From assembly GCA_905207235.1 (NCBI GenBank), contig CAJLKN010000001.1, positions 31,302 through 95,301 on the forward strand: a DNA stretch of 64,000 nt. Reading direction: 5' to 3'. The notes beneath the pieces are model-generated. The model ran no database searches, was not told where the DNA came from, and worked only from the letters and a program-made list of their open reading frames with translations. Within the stretch, counting starts at the first letter, position 1, and each line of letters starts with the position of its first letter. Of this stretch, positions 7,193 to 16,630 are shown one piece after another. The position numbers and the translations under genes were made by a program. The DNA is from an uncultured Eubacteriales bacterium. GTDB lineage: Bacteria; Bacillota; Clostridia; Christensenellales; Borkfalkiaceae.

Positions 7193-9802
7193 TTATTTGC
7201 CGTAATAGGCATTCATATACATCTGTTTGATTTCGCTCATCAAAGGATAACGGGGATTTGCGCCAGTGCACTGGTCATCGAACGCCTGCTCGGTCATTTC
7301 GTCGAGGCGATCGAGGAAATCTTTTTCGTCAATACCGTATTCCTTAATAGTCTTTTTAATGCCTACTTTTGCTTTGAGTTCGTCGATAGCACTGATAAGA
7401 TTTTCAAGGCTTTCCTTATCGTTTTTACCGCCTAAACCGAGGCTCTGAGCAACTTCGGCGTACCTTGCAAGCGTCTTGGGATGATCATACTGCGAGAAAG
7501 TACCCATCTTTACGGGCGTTTCGCTCGCGTTGAAGCGAAGAACCTCGTCAATCATAAGAGCGTTCGCAATGCCGTGAGGCAGGTGATGGAACGCGCCGAG
7601 TTTGTGCGCCATTGAATGGCATACTCCGAGGAAGGCATTGGCAAAAGCCATACCTGCCATTGTGGCGGCGTTAGCCATTTTTTCCCTAGCTTCAACGTCA
7701 TTCTGACCGTCTTCGTATGCTCTCGGGAGATATTTGAATATAACTTTTAGCGCCTGAATTGCAAGTCCGTCGGTATAATCTGTTGCCATCATAGAAGCGT
7801 ATGCTTCGAGCGCGTGGGTTACGGCGTCTATGCCCGACGCAGCCGTTAGCCCCTTGGGCGCGGACATATGAAGATCGGTATCCACGACAGCCATGTCGGG
7901 CATGAGCTCATAGTCGGCAAGAGGATATTTTATGCCCGTCTTTTCATCGGTGATGACGGCGAAAGGCGTAACTTCCGAACCCGTGCCCGCCGATGTGGGA
8001 ATGGCTATAAAGTAAGCCTTTTCTCCCATCTTGGGGAATGTATAAACTCTCTTCCTTATATCTATAAAGCGCATTGCCATATCGAGGAAATCGACGTCGG
8101 GATGCTCATAAAGCACCCACATGATTTTAGCTGCGTCCATCGCAGAGCCGCCGCCGAATGCTATGATGGTATCGGGTTGGAATGCGCGCATCTGTGCAAC
8201 GCCCCCCATCGCGCAGGCGAGCGTGGGATCGGGAGCAACGTTGAAGAATGTTGAATGGTCTATCCCTATTTCGTCAAGTTTTTCGGTTATGCACTTTGTA
8301 AACCCGCTCTGATAAAGAAAACTGTCTGTTACGATAAACGCCTTTTTCTTATTCATCACGGTTTTTAGTTCGTCTAACGCAACGGGCAGACAGCCCTTTT
8401 TGATATAAACTTTTTCGGGCGCCCTGAACCAAAGCATGTTTTCTCTCCTTTCAGCAACTGTTTTAATATTTAAAAGATGTTTTACCCCGACGTTTTCCGA
8501 TACGGAGTTGCCGCCCCACGAACCGCAACCAAGCGTGAGCGAAGGCGTGAGCTTGAAGTTGTAAAGATCGCCTATGCCGCCGTGAGACGAAGGAGTGTTT
8601 ACGAGGATACGGCATGTTTTCATCTTCGAGCTGAAATAATTGAGTTTTTCCTGCGATTTATTTACATTGAGGTAGATTGACGAAGTGTGTCCGTAACCGC
8701 CGTCGGCTATGAGCTGTTCGGCTTTTGCGACAGCGTCCTCAAAACTTTCGGACTTATACATTGCGAGAACGGGCGAAAGTTTTTCGTGCGCAAATTCTTC
8801 GCTTATATCCACCGACTGGACTTCGCCTATTAGAATTTTTGCCGTTTCGGGAACTTCGACACCCGAAAGACAAGCAATTTTATACGCGCTCTGCCCGACG
8901 ATTTTTGCGTTGAGCGAGCCGTTAATTATAATGGTCTTGCGCACCTTGTCGAGCTCTTCACCTTTGAGGAAATAGCAACCGCGCGCAGCAAATTCCTTTT
9001 TGACTTTGGAATAAATCTTATCCGAAACTATTACCGACTGTTCGGACGCGCAGATCATGCCGTTATCGAAAGTCTTTGAATGAATAATCGAGCTTACTGC
9101 AAGCTCTATATCAGCGCTTTCGTCTATTATCGCAGGCGTATTGCCAGCGCCGACGCCGAGAGCGGGTTTGCCGGACGAATAAGCCGCCTTTACCATTCCG
9201 GGACCGCCTGTCGCGAGAATTGTATCAGATTCGCGCATCAGGGTATTAGTCATTTCAAGCGAAGGAACGTCAATCCAACTGATTATTCCTTCGGGCGCGC
9301 CCGCTTCAACCGCCGCTTCATAAACGACTTTTGCTGCGGCAATGGTGCTCTTTTTTGCTCTGGGATGAGGGCTTATAATACAGCCGTTTCTCGTCTTGAG
9401 GCATATGAGAGTTTTGAAAATGGCCGTAGAAGTCGGGTTTGTGGTGGGAATTACGGCACCGATGAGCCCGATAGGTTCGGCAATTTTCTTTATGCCATAA
9501 GCCTTATCTTCTTCTATGACGCCGCAGGTTTTAACTGCCTTGTACTTATTATAAATGTACTCGGCAGCGTAGTGATTTTTTATTACTTTGTCTTCAACTA
9601 CGCCCATACCCGTTTCTTCGACGGCGAGTTTTGCGAGAGGTATCCTCTGCTTGTTCGCCGCAATTGCGCAGGCGAGGAAAATTTTATCTACCTGTTCCTG
9701 CGAATAGGTTGAAAAAATCTTCTGCGCCGCTTTCACCCTTTCAATTTCGCGCTCCAGCTTTTCCACGCTGTCGCACAAGCTATAGGTAAATTTGAAATCC
9801 AT
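7193..9802 (-). CDS. adhE: bifunctional acetaldehyde-CoA / alcohol dehydrogenase
   Basis: 869 aa. N-terminal ALDH domain and C-terminal iron-containing ADH domain (GGGSAMDAAK) with AdhE-typical spacing. Confidence 0.9.
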   Translation of the reverse strand: MDFKFTYSLCDSVEKLEREIERVKAAQKIFSTYSQEQVDKIFLACAIAANKQRIPLAKLAVEETGMGVVEDKVIKNHYAAEYIYNKYKAVKTCGVIEEDKAYGIKKIAEPIGLIGAVIPTTNPTSTAIFKTLICLKTRNGCIISPHPRAKKSTIAAAKVVYEAAVEAGAPEGIISWIDVPSLEMTNTLMRESDTILATGGPGMVKAAYSSGKPALGVGAGNTPAIIDESADIELAVSSIIHSKTFDNGMICASEQSVIVSDKIYSKVKKEFAARGCYFLKGEELDKVRKTIIINGSLNAKIVGQSAYKIACLSGVEVPETAKILIGEVQSVDISEEFAHEKLSPVLAMYKSESFEDAVAKAEQLIADGGYGHTSSIYLNVNKSQEKLNYFSSKMKTCRILVNTPSSHGGIGDLYNFKLTPSLTLGCGSWGGNSVSENVGVKHLLNIKTVAERRENMLWFRAPEKVYIKKGCLPVALDELKTVMNKKKAFIVTDSFLYQSGFTKCITEKLDEIGIDHSTFFNVAPDPTLACAMGGVAQMRAFQPDTIIAFGGGSAMDAAKIMWVLYEHPDVDFLDMAMRFIDIRKRVYTFPKMGEKAYFIAIPTSAGTGSEVTPFAVITDEKTGIKYPLADYELMPDMAVVDTDLHMSAPKGLTAASGIDAVTHALEAYASMMATDYTDGLAIQALKVIFKYLPRAYEDGQNDVEAREKMANAATMAGMAFANAFLGVCHSMAHKLGAFHHLPHGIANALMIDEVLRFNASETPVKMGTFSQYDHPKTLARYAEVAQSLGLGGKNDKESLENLISAIDELKAKVGIKKTIKEYGIDEKDFLDRLDEMTEQAFDDQCTGANPRYPLMSEIKQMYMNAYYGK

Positions 9803-10075
9803 ATGATTACTCCTGAATGGAAAATTTTAATACGTATTTATTTTATGCAATCTCAATTATTTTGCATATTTCTGATATCGATAAAATTATATCAATATGA
9901 ATTTTTTCGGTCAAGCGGCAATCGATATTTTTTTACTTAAATAATATTGTGTTCTGTACTACAATATTTAGTTAATATTTTTCAGAAATAGCAGCTATAT
10001 TGTTATAAATAATCGCCACAAAATTTAAGACAAAAATATCCCCTACCAAAGTCGGAGGGGATATTTTGAGATTGG

Positions 10076-10681
10076 TCATCTTCCAAGTCGTTTGCGACAA
10101 TAACTTTTTTTGCCGCAGTTGGGGCAGGTTAATTTCCGTTTGAGTAAAGTATGCGCGCCCATAACATAGTCTTTCATAGAAGGAACAAACCTTTCTCCGC
10201 AGTGAGGACATTCGAACACACCTGCTTCCCTGTCGAGCACGCAGGCGGCACCGATACCTGAAACGATAATAATTGCGGCGAGTAAAATTAAAACAATTCT
10301 GAGCCAAAGCGGCATTGTCAGAAGAAGACCTATCAATATAAACCCGACGCCTGAAATGGTTGCTATCATGCCGACGATAAAGGAAAGAATAAGTTTTTTC
10401 TTTGCCTCCTCTCTTTCTTTTACGAAATTGAGCATGTTCTCTTCCGCTTTATTTATGTATTGCTGCCCTTCAAGCCGTTCGCCAGAAAGAAGTTCGTTCA
10501 CGCTGATGCCGAGCAAATCGCAGAGCGGCAACATATTGCCAGCATCGGGAAGACCGTTGCCCGTTTCCCACTTGGATATGGTTTTATCCGATACGCCCAG
10601 CTTTTCTGCCAGTTCGCGCTGAGTGAGCCCTGCCTCTTTTCTCACTTTCTGAATAAACTTTCCCGTTTTTATCTGGTTCAT
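10076..10681 (-). CDS. XRE-family HTH transcriptional regulator with two transmembrane helices and a C-terminal Cys4 zinc ribbon
   Basis: N-terminal HTH (QRELAEKLGVSDKTISKWETG). A hydrophobic core of about 40 aa follows. C-terminus carries CPHCG...CPNCG. Confidence 0.7.
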   Translation of the reverse strand: MNQIKTGKFIQKVRKEAGLTQRELAEKLGVSDKTISKWETGNGLPDAGNMLPLCDLLGISVNELLSGERLEGQQYINKAEENMLNFVKEREEAKKKLILSFIVGMIATISGVGFILIGLLLTMPLWLRIVLILLAAIIIVSGIGAACVLDREAGVFECPHCGERFVPSMKDYVMGAHTLLKRKLTCPNCGKKSYCRKRLGR

Positions 10682-10796
10682 ATTATTCCTCCTTGCAACT
10701 ATATTTTAAATGCGTAAAAGGCATAAAACAACCCACGAACCGTAGAATTTGAGCTTTTACTGTTTACTTTTTATAAACAATTGTCAAAAACAAAAA

Positions 10797-10847
10797 ATGC
10801 TTATTCCCGACGCTAAAATTGAGCTCATTTTGATCGGGAATAAGCAT
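10797..10847. terminator. long hairpin terminator (14-bp perfect stem ATGCTTATTCCCGA / TCGGGAATAAGCAT, 23-nt loop)
   Basis: Perfect inverted repeat 16 nt after the aldo/keto reductase stop on the minus strand. Confidence 0.5.
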
Positions 10848-10863
10848 AAATAAGACATTAATA

Positions 10864-11844
10864 TTACCAGTTATCGTGAACGGACTTTCTTATATATTTG
10901 TTGTATATTTCGGTAACGCCCTTCATCTGTTCTGTCGATAAAGCAGGTATTTCAGCCGCCTTTACGTTGCCGAGCACCTGTTCCGCTCTGCTCGCGCCCG
11001 GAATAACGGCGCTCACTTCGTTGTGCATCAATATCCAGCGCAAAGCATACGGCGCGAGGCTTTCGGTATTGAACAGCTTTTTAAGCTCTTCAACCGCCTG
11101 CAAACCTGTATCGTAATCAACGCCGGAGAAAGTTTCTCCTTTATCGAAAGATTCGCCGTGCCTGTTATAATTTCTGTGGTCGCGTTGACCGAATACAGTG
11201 TCTTTTGAGAACTTTCCCGTCAACAGACCGCTCGCCAAAGGAACGCGGGCAAGAATGCCTATATCTTTCTCTTTTGCCTTGGGAAGCAATTCTTCGGCAG
11301 GTTTTAACCTGAACATATTGAAAATGACTTCAATAGCGGAGATATTGTATTCCATTGCCTGAAGACCTTCGCTTACTTTTTCCACACTTACGCCGTAAGC
11401 GGCAATTTTACCCTTTTTTACGATTTTATCTATACCCGCAAAAAGGTCGTCTTTATAATAAACAGCCGTGGGCGGGCAATGCAGGAGAACCATGTCGAGT
11501 TGCTCAACGCCTAAACGTTTAAGGCTGTTATCTATAAAATTTTCTATATTTTCGGGCGTATATCCCTCTGCCGTATGAGGATTGAGACCTCTACCGCACT
11601 TCGTAACGACATAAAGATTATTTTTATGCTGTTTTATAAATTTTCCTATGGTCAATTCGCTGTTGCCTTTGTTATAAATGTCGGCAGTGTCAATAAGGTT
11701 AATTCCGCAGTCGGCGCTCGTTTCAAGAATGCGCATTGCCTCCTCTTCATTGAAAGGCTCGCCCCATTTTGTTCCGAGTTGCCACGTTCCGAGACCTATT
11801 TCGCTTACCATTTTATTTGTCTTACCGAATTTTCTGAAAATCAT
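10864..11844 (-). CDS. aldo/keto reductase
   Basis: N-terminal IGLGTWQLG. Start trimmed to MIFRKFGK (ATG 11844, AGGAGT SD) rather than the longer ORF-track start. Confidence 0.8.
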   Translation of the reverse strand: MIFRKFGKTNKMVSEIGLGTWQLGTKWGEPFNEEEAMRILETSADCGINLIDTADIYNKGNSELTIGKFIKQHKNNLYVVTKCGRGLNPHTAEGYTPENIENFIDNSLKRLGVEQLDMVLLHCPPTAVYYKDDLFAGIDKIVKKGKIAAYGVSVEKVSEGLQAMEYNISAIEVIFNMFRLKPAEELLPKAKEKDIGILARVPLASGLLTGKFSKDTVFGQRDHRNYNRHGESFDKGETFSGVDYDTGLQAVEELKKLFNTESLAPYALRWILMHNEVSAVIPGASRAEQVLGNVKAAEIPALSTEQMKGVTEIYNKYIRKSVHDNW

Positions 11845-11972
11845 AAAAATTACTCCTGTTGCCAATGAATTTCCTGTATTTATTATAATAATTAACGCAA
11901 TTTTGTCAAGAACAAGCTGTTTTTTTATATGCAGAGTGTTATCCAACATCCCATAATGCAATTACTTATAAT

Positions 11973-13295
11973 TCAGGTACTTTCAACCATTTTCGTGCTA
12001 TGTTTTCTATTATTTGTAATTAAATTTAGTATTATAATTAATATAAATGTGGCTGTTTCCGACGCCAAAAAAGATAGCCACAGACCGACAATGCCAAATA
12101 AATACGAAAACAGCATGGCGAATATTGATATAAAAATTATTCCCCTGCATATTGCTATAACGGAAGATTGTACCGCTTTACCCGTTGCACTATAAAATCC
12201 TGCCATCACAATATTGACGGATACAAATAAAAATCCCAGAAAATACAGTCTCATGCCTTCGCCGGCATATCTCTCAAGCTCTGCCGATTGCTTGCTATTA
12301 AATATTCCCACTAAATTTTTTGATAACAACATTATTGTCAATATAAGAAGTATGGCAATTATTATCGATATTTTTAGCGATTGAAGCAGAATAACTTTTT
12401 TCTCTTTAATGTTTTGTGTACCATGACTTATACTCGCCAACGGCTGTAAACCCTGTGAAACACCGTTAAACAGCGAAGTACCGATGAGAGCAATATTAGC
12501 TATAATTCCGTATGCTGCAACAGCCTTATTCCCGATTAATTTTAACAGAATAAAATTAAACACAAGCGTTGTAACAGCGTTGGATATCTCCCCCACAAAC
12601 GAAACTACGCCTAATTTGCAAGCCGCCAGCAATTTTTTTATTGACGGCAATACCATTACAAATGCGATATTATTTTTCGAAGATAAATAGTGAAAAAGAC
12701 ATATCAACATGCTTACAACAGGCGATAAGCCGGTTGCAAGCGCGGCTCCTGCCATCCCCATCTGCAGCGGAAACATAAATACGTAGTCAAATACAATATT
12801 AAAAATTCCGCTTACTATAGTTGCCGCCATCGCAATGCCTGGCGCATTATCATTTCTTACAAAGGCTGTCATTGTATAATTCAGCATAAAGAAAGGCGCA
12901 AAACATAAAACTATCTTAGTATAGGTTGAGCCCGTGGCAAGAATAATTTCATCTGCGCCCAACATTGTGAGTAGTTGTTTGGGTAAAAAAACGCCTAAAG
13001 CCACAAAAATCAGACTTATAAGCAATATAGAATTAATCGAATTTGCGAAATAAAGATTTGCATTTTCTTTATCTACGCATCTGATTATAGAATAATTTAT
13101 TGCCGAACCTATGCCTATCATAGAGCCAATGGCATTAATCATACCGTATATCGGCAAAACGAGATTTAATGCGGTTATTCCGTTAGTCCCTTCTTTAGCG
13201 GAAATGAAAATAGTATCTGCCAAAATATAAAGTGAAGTACTGACCATTCCAAGCACATTCGTCAGTATATATTTGTTCAATTTCTTTTTAATCAT
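11973..13295 (-). CDS. MATE-family efflux transporter
   Basis: 12-TM profile and MATE-like N-terminus. Start set at MIKKKLNKY (ATG 13295) with a GGAGG SD. Confidence 0.8.
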   Translation of the reverse strand: MIKKKLNKYILTNVLGMVSTSLYILADTIFISAKEGTNGITALNLVLPIYGMINAIGSMIGIGSAINYSIIRCVDKENANLYFANSINSILLISLIFVALGVFLPKQLLTMLGADEIILATGSTYTKIVLCFAPFFMLNYTMTAFVRNDNAPGIAMAATIVSGIFNIVFDYVFMFPLQMGMAGAALATGLSPVVSMLICLFHYLSSKNNIAFVMVLPSIKKLLAACKLGVVSFVGEISNAVTTLVFNFILLKLIGNKAVAAYGIIANIALIGTSLFNGVSQGLQPLASISHGTQNIKEKKVILLQSLKISIIIAILLILTIMLLSKNLVGIFNSKQSAELERYAGEGMRLYFLGFLFVSVNIVMAGFYSATGKAVQSSVIAICRGIIFISIFAMLFSYLFGIVGLWLSFLASETATFILIIILNLITNNRKHSTKMVEST

Positions 13296-13299
13296 ATTA

Positions 13300-13372
13300 C
13301 CTCCAACAAAAAAAGGCATCCCTGTTTATAGCTTCAAAGACCTACGCTATAAACATGAATGCCTTTACATTC
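13300..13372 (-). promoter_or_regulatory. leader terminator/attenuator hairpin (about 20-bp imperfect stem) followed by U7 and abutting the MATE RBS
   Basis: Minus-strand RNA reads AAAGGCAUUCAUGUUUAUAGC-loop-GCUAUAAACAGGGAUGCCUUUUUUUGUUGGAGGUAAUAUG. An upstream GAAUG...CAUUC hairpin overlaps the 5' arm, suggesting an antiterminator. Confidence 0.4.
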
Positions 13373-13421
13373 GCTACCCGGTGGTAGTTTTATATTCAAA
13401 TTTTTGTCCGATTTTTTAATT

Positions 13422-13450
13422 ATTCTATCAATTAAAGAGACGATTGTCAA
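13422..13450 (-). promoter_or_regulatory. sigma-A type promoter (TTGACA-17-TAGAAT) for the MATE leader
   Basis: Consensus hexamers on the minus strand about 120 nt upstream of the MATE ATG. Confidence 0.4.
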
Positions 13451-13685
13451 ATGGATAATACAACCAGTTCAGATAATTAATAATAAATTAAAAATTTAGC
13501 TTTCAGCTTCGATGATAATTAAATTTCAACAAATCTCTTTTGGTTGTATACCTCTGTTTACGCCTTGTGCGGCAAGCACGGTTGACTGCCAAAGCCGAGA
13601 ATTTTTAAGCTGTCTAATACAACCTATTTCGCGTCTTTTTGCCTATTAAACCCTCAGATATTTTTACTAGAACAAAAAATGAAAT

Positions 13686-13708
13686 AGGACGAGATTTGCT
13701 CTCGTCCT
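13686..13708. terminator. terminator hairpin (AGGACGAG-atttgc-CTCGTCCT) after tRNA-Leu
   Basis: 8-bp perfect stem with T-rich flanks on both strands, 9 nt past the tRNA 3' end. Confidence 0.6.
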
Positions 13709-13716
13709 ATTTTATT

Positions 13717-13799
13717 TGGTGCGGATAACAGGAGTTGAACCTGCACGGTCGCCCACAGGAACCTGAAACCTGCGCGTCTGCCAATTCCGCCATATCCGC
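13717..13799 (-). tRNA. tRNA-Leu (anticodon CAG), class II, CCA encoded
   Basis: Reverse complement GCGGATATGGCGGAATTGGCAGACGCGCAGGTTTCAGGTTCCTGTGGGCGACCGTGCAGGTTCAACTCCTGTTATCCGCACCA. 7-bp acceptor stem. D-arm GGCGGAAUUGGCAGACGCGC matches E. coli tRNA-Leu. Anticodon loop UUCAGGU. T-loop GGTTCAACTCC. Confidence 0.8.
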
Positions 13800-13811
13800 A
13801 TAACGTAAGTG

Positions 13812-13840
13812 ATTATAATTTAATTTATAATCAAAGTCAA
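13812..13840 (-). promoter_or_regulatory. sigma-A promoter (TTGACT-17-TATAAT) for tRNA-Leu
   Basis: Consensus hexamers. The -10 element ends 11 nt before the mature tRNA 5' end. Confidence 0.5.
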
Positions 13841-13850
13841 GTGAATTTGT

Positions 13851-13881
13851 GTCGGCGGCGCAAAAATTTAACGCCGCCGAC
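13851..13881. terminator. his-operon terminator hairpin (TGTCGGCGGCG-caaaaattt-CGCCGCCGACA)
   Basis: Perfect 11-bp GC-rich inverted repeat 10 nt after the hisIE stop. It lacks a clean U-tract on the minus transcript. Confidence 0.5.
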
Positions 13882-13890
13882 ATTATACAT

Positions 13891-14538
13891 TTATTTCATT
13901 TTTTGCTGTTTTACCTTGTGGTCAATGATGTGGCGTTTGGCAAGCTCACCCTTCACTTCTGAAGGTTTGATTCCCATCTGAACCATAAGAACCATTACGT
14001 GATAACACAAATCGGCTATTTCGAAAACCGTTTCAGCCTTATCGCCACCTTTTCCCGCAACAATTACTTCGGTGCATTCTTCCCCGACTTTTTTAAGAAT
14101 TTTATCTATACCCTGCTCAAATAGGTAAGTAGTATAAGAATTTTCCGGCTTGTCGCGCATTCTCCCCTCAAGAAGTTCATAAAGGCCGTCAATCGAAAAT
14201 TGAGGAATTTCGTCATTTGTATACACGAAATCGTTGAAGCAACTGTCCGTCCCTAGATGACATGCAGGACCGTCTTTTATAACCTCGACTGTAAGGGCGT
14301 CTTTATCGCAGTCGCATTTAATCGAAACGATATGCTGAAAATTCCCGCTCGTTTCGCCCTTTCGCCAAAGTTTTTTGCGGCTGCGCGAATAGAAGCACGT
14401 TTTGCCCTCTTTCATGCTTATTTCAAGACTTTCGCGGTTCATGTATGCGACAGTTAAAACTTTTTTAGTATAATAATCGGTTACAACGGCGGGAATGAGA
14501 CCGTTTGCATCGAACTTCAATTGATCTGCGTTAATCAT
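13891..14538 (-). CDS. hisI: bifunctional phosphoribosyl-AMP cyclohydrolase / phosphoribosyl-ATP pyrophosphatase
   Basis: HisI core ([12 protein letters not shown], zinc Cys) with a HisE-like C-terminal half. Confidence 0.85.
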   Translation of the reverse strand: MINADQLKFDANGLIPAVVTDYYTKKVLTVAYMNRESLEISMKEGKTCFYSRSRKKLWRKGETSGNFQHIVSIKCDCDKDALTVEVIKDGPACHLGTDSCFNDFVYTNDEIPQFSIDGLYELLEGRMRDKPENSYTTYLFEQGIDKILKKVGEECTEVIVAGKGGDKAETVFEIADLCYHVMVLMVQMGIKPSEVKGELAKRHIIDHKVKQQKMK

Positions 14539-15290
14539 AATCTAACCTCTATATCGTTTTGTTTTAAGTAATTTTTAAGATGTTTAATTTCTATTTCGCC
14601 GAAATGAAAGACGGAAGCGCCAAGACCTGCGTCTGCATTGACGCTTTTAAACAAATCGAGAAAATGCTTTTCGCTGCCCGCTCCGCCGCTCGCAACAACG
14701 GGAATTGTTACTGCTCCGCAAATGGCGTCGAGCATCTCCAGATCGAAGCCTCCCTTGACGCCGTCAGTATCTATGCTGTTGACAACAAGCTCGCCGGCGC
14801 CGTGTTGCTGACCGAATTTCGCCCACGAAACCGCCTCGATATCTGTCTGCACGCGCCCGCCATGGCTGAAAATAGTGAATTTGCCGTCCACTCTTTTTAC
14901 ATCCATAGAAAGCACTACGCACTGATCGCCGTATTTTTCTGCCGCAGAATATATCAGATCGGGATTTTTAATAGCTCCGCTGTTTACGCTGACTTTGTCC
15001 GCACCGCTTTTCAATACACGGTCGAAATCTTCGAGACTGTTTATTCCTCCGCCTACCGTGAGAGGTATAAAAACATTTTCCGCCACCTTTTTCAAAACCT
15101 CGGAAAAAAGTTTTCTGCCCTCCGCGCTCGCAGTAATATCGTAAAAAACGAGTTCGTCCGCTCCGCAGTCCGAATAAAACGCTGCAAGTTTGACCGGGTC
15201 GTCAACATCTTTAAGTCCCGTAAAATTTGTACCTTTGACAACCCTGCCGTTCCTTACGTCAAGACAAGGGATAATTCTTTTGGCGAGCAT
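14535..15290 (-). CDS. hisF: imidazole glycerol phosphate synthase cyclase subunit
   Basis: Begins [20 protein letters not shown]. Overlaps hisIE by 4 nt. Confidence 0.9.
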   Translation of the reverse strand: MLAKRIIPCLDVRNGRVVKGTNFTGLKDVDDPVKLAAFYSDCGADELVFYDITASAEGRKLFSEVLKKVAENVFIPLTVGGGINSLEDFDRVLKSGADKVSVNSGAIKNPDLIYSAAEKYGDQCVVLSMDVKRVDGKFTIFSHGGRVQTDIEAVSWAKFGQQHGAGELVVNSIDTDGVKGGFDLEMLDAICGAVTIPVVASGGAGSEKHFLDLFKSVNADAGLGASVFHFGEIEIKHLKNYLKQNDIEVRL

Positions 15291-15291
15291 T

Positions 15292-16032
15292 TTAAATTCC
15301 CTCCCCGATTTTTACGGCTTCGGAAAGATTTATCTTTCCTTCATACAAAGCCTTGCCTAAAATGGCGCCGTAAATATTCATCTCTTTAAGTTTTTTGATT
15401 TCATCAATGTAAGTTATACCGCCAGAAGCTGTTATATTTAACGATAATGTCTGACATAGTACTTTATAAATCTCTAAATTTGTGCCTTTCAGACCGCCGT
15501 CGCGGCTTATATCGGTATAAATGATATGCCCTACACCCATATCCTGCAACTTTTTGCAAAAACTTATCGCTTCGCAATCCGTCGTTTCAAGCCAGCCGTT
15601 TACGGCAACTTTTCCGTCTTTTGCATCGACGCCGACAGAAATATAATCGCCGTACTTTGCCGCCATTTCGCCTACAAATTGAGGATTTTCTATCGCGACT
15701 GTTCCGAGTATAACCCTTTTAACTCCGCAATCTATGTAATGTTTTATACGCTCCTCCGTGCGTATTCCTCCGCCGACTTCTACAAACATATCAAGATTTG
15801 TAACTATCTTTTCTATAGTTTTTGCGTTGTCGGTTTTTCCGCTCTTTGCTCCGTCGAGGTCAACCACGTGCATGTAGCCCGCACCGCTGTCTTTAAAACT
15901 TTTTGCAACATCGACAGGCGAAGACGAATACTTTTTTACCTTATCATAGTCTCCGCGCGTCAGTCTTACAACCTCTCCGCCAATTATATCTATCGCAGGA
16001 AAAATCAACATTTCATTCACCAATTTCAGCAA
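15292..16032 (-). CDS. hisA: 1-(5-phosphoribosyl)-5-[(5-phosphoribosylamino)methylideneamino]imidazole-4-carboxamide isomerase
   Basis: Begins IFPAIDIIGGEVVRL, TIM-barrel HisA pattern. Confidence 0.9.
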   Translation of the reverse strand: MLKLVNEMLIFPAIDIIGGEVVRLTRGDYDKVKKYSSSPVDVAKSFKDSGAGYMHVVDLDGAKSGKTDNAKTIEKIVTNLDMFVEVGGGIRTEERIKHYIDCGVKRVILGTVAIENPQFVGEMAAKYGDYISVGVDAKDGKVAVNGWLETTDCEAISFCKKLQDMGVGHIIYTDISRDGGLKGTNLEIYKVLCQTLSLNITASGGITYIDEIKKLKEMNIYGAILGKALYEGKINLSEAVKIGEGI

Positions 16033-16630
16033 ACGCTTTCAAAATTTTCAAGCCCACCTCACCGCTCTTTTCAGGGTGAAACTGCGTTCCGTAAACGTTT
16101 CCCCTAGAAACGATTGCCGTTACATCAATTCCGTATGAAGCAGTCGCCACAAGGTCGCCCTCTTCTTTGCAGACGCCGCAATAAGAGTGAACAAAATAAA
16201 CGTAATCGCCTTCAGATACATATTTCAAAAGCGCATTGTTCTTGTCTTTGATGTTGAGGGAATTCCAGCCCATATGCGGAATTTTCATTCCGCTTATAAA
16301 TTGAGAAAGCGGTCTTGCCTCTCCGTGTATAAGCGAAAGCCCTTCGTGCTCGCCATATTCATACGATTTATCAAACAGAAGCTGCATGCCGAGGCAAATT
16401 CCGAGCAGCGGCTTGCCCTCAGAGGCAAGTTCTTTTATTTTTTCATCCAGCCCCGTTGAGCGCAGTTTTTCGGCCGCATCGCCGAAAGCACCCACTCCCG
16501 GCAGAATTACTTTGTCGGCAGAGCGTATTTTATTTATATCGCCCGTAACAACGCTTTCCGCCCCGATTTTTTTCAGCGAACAACTCAAAGAAAACAAGTT
16601 GCCCACGCCGTAATCGATTATTGCTATCAT
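16013..16630 (-). CDS. hisH: imidazole glycerol phosphate synthase glutaminase subunit
   Basis: Begins MIAIIDYGVGNLFS, with GICLGMQ catalytic Cys. Start trimmed to ATG 16630, overlapping the hisB stop. Confidence 0.85.
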   Translation of the reverse strand: MIAIIDYGVGNLFSLSCSLKKIGAESVVTGDINKIRSADKVILPGVGAFGDAAEKLRSTGLDEKIKELASEGKPLLGICLGMQLLFDKSYEYGEHEGLSLIHGEARPLSQFISGMKIPHMGWNSLNIKDKNNALLKYVSEGDYVYFVHSYCGVCKEEGDLVATASYGIDVTAIVSRGNVYGTQFHPEKSGEVGLKILKAFAEIGE

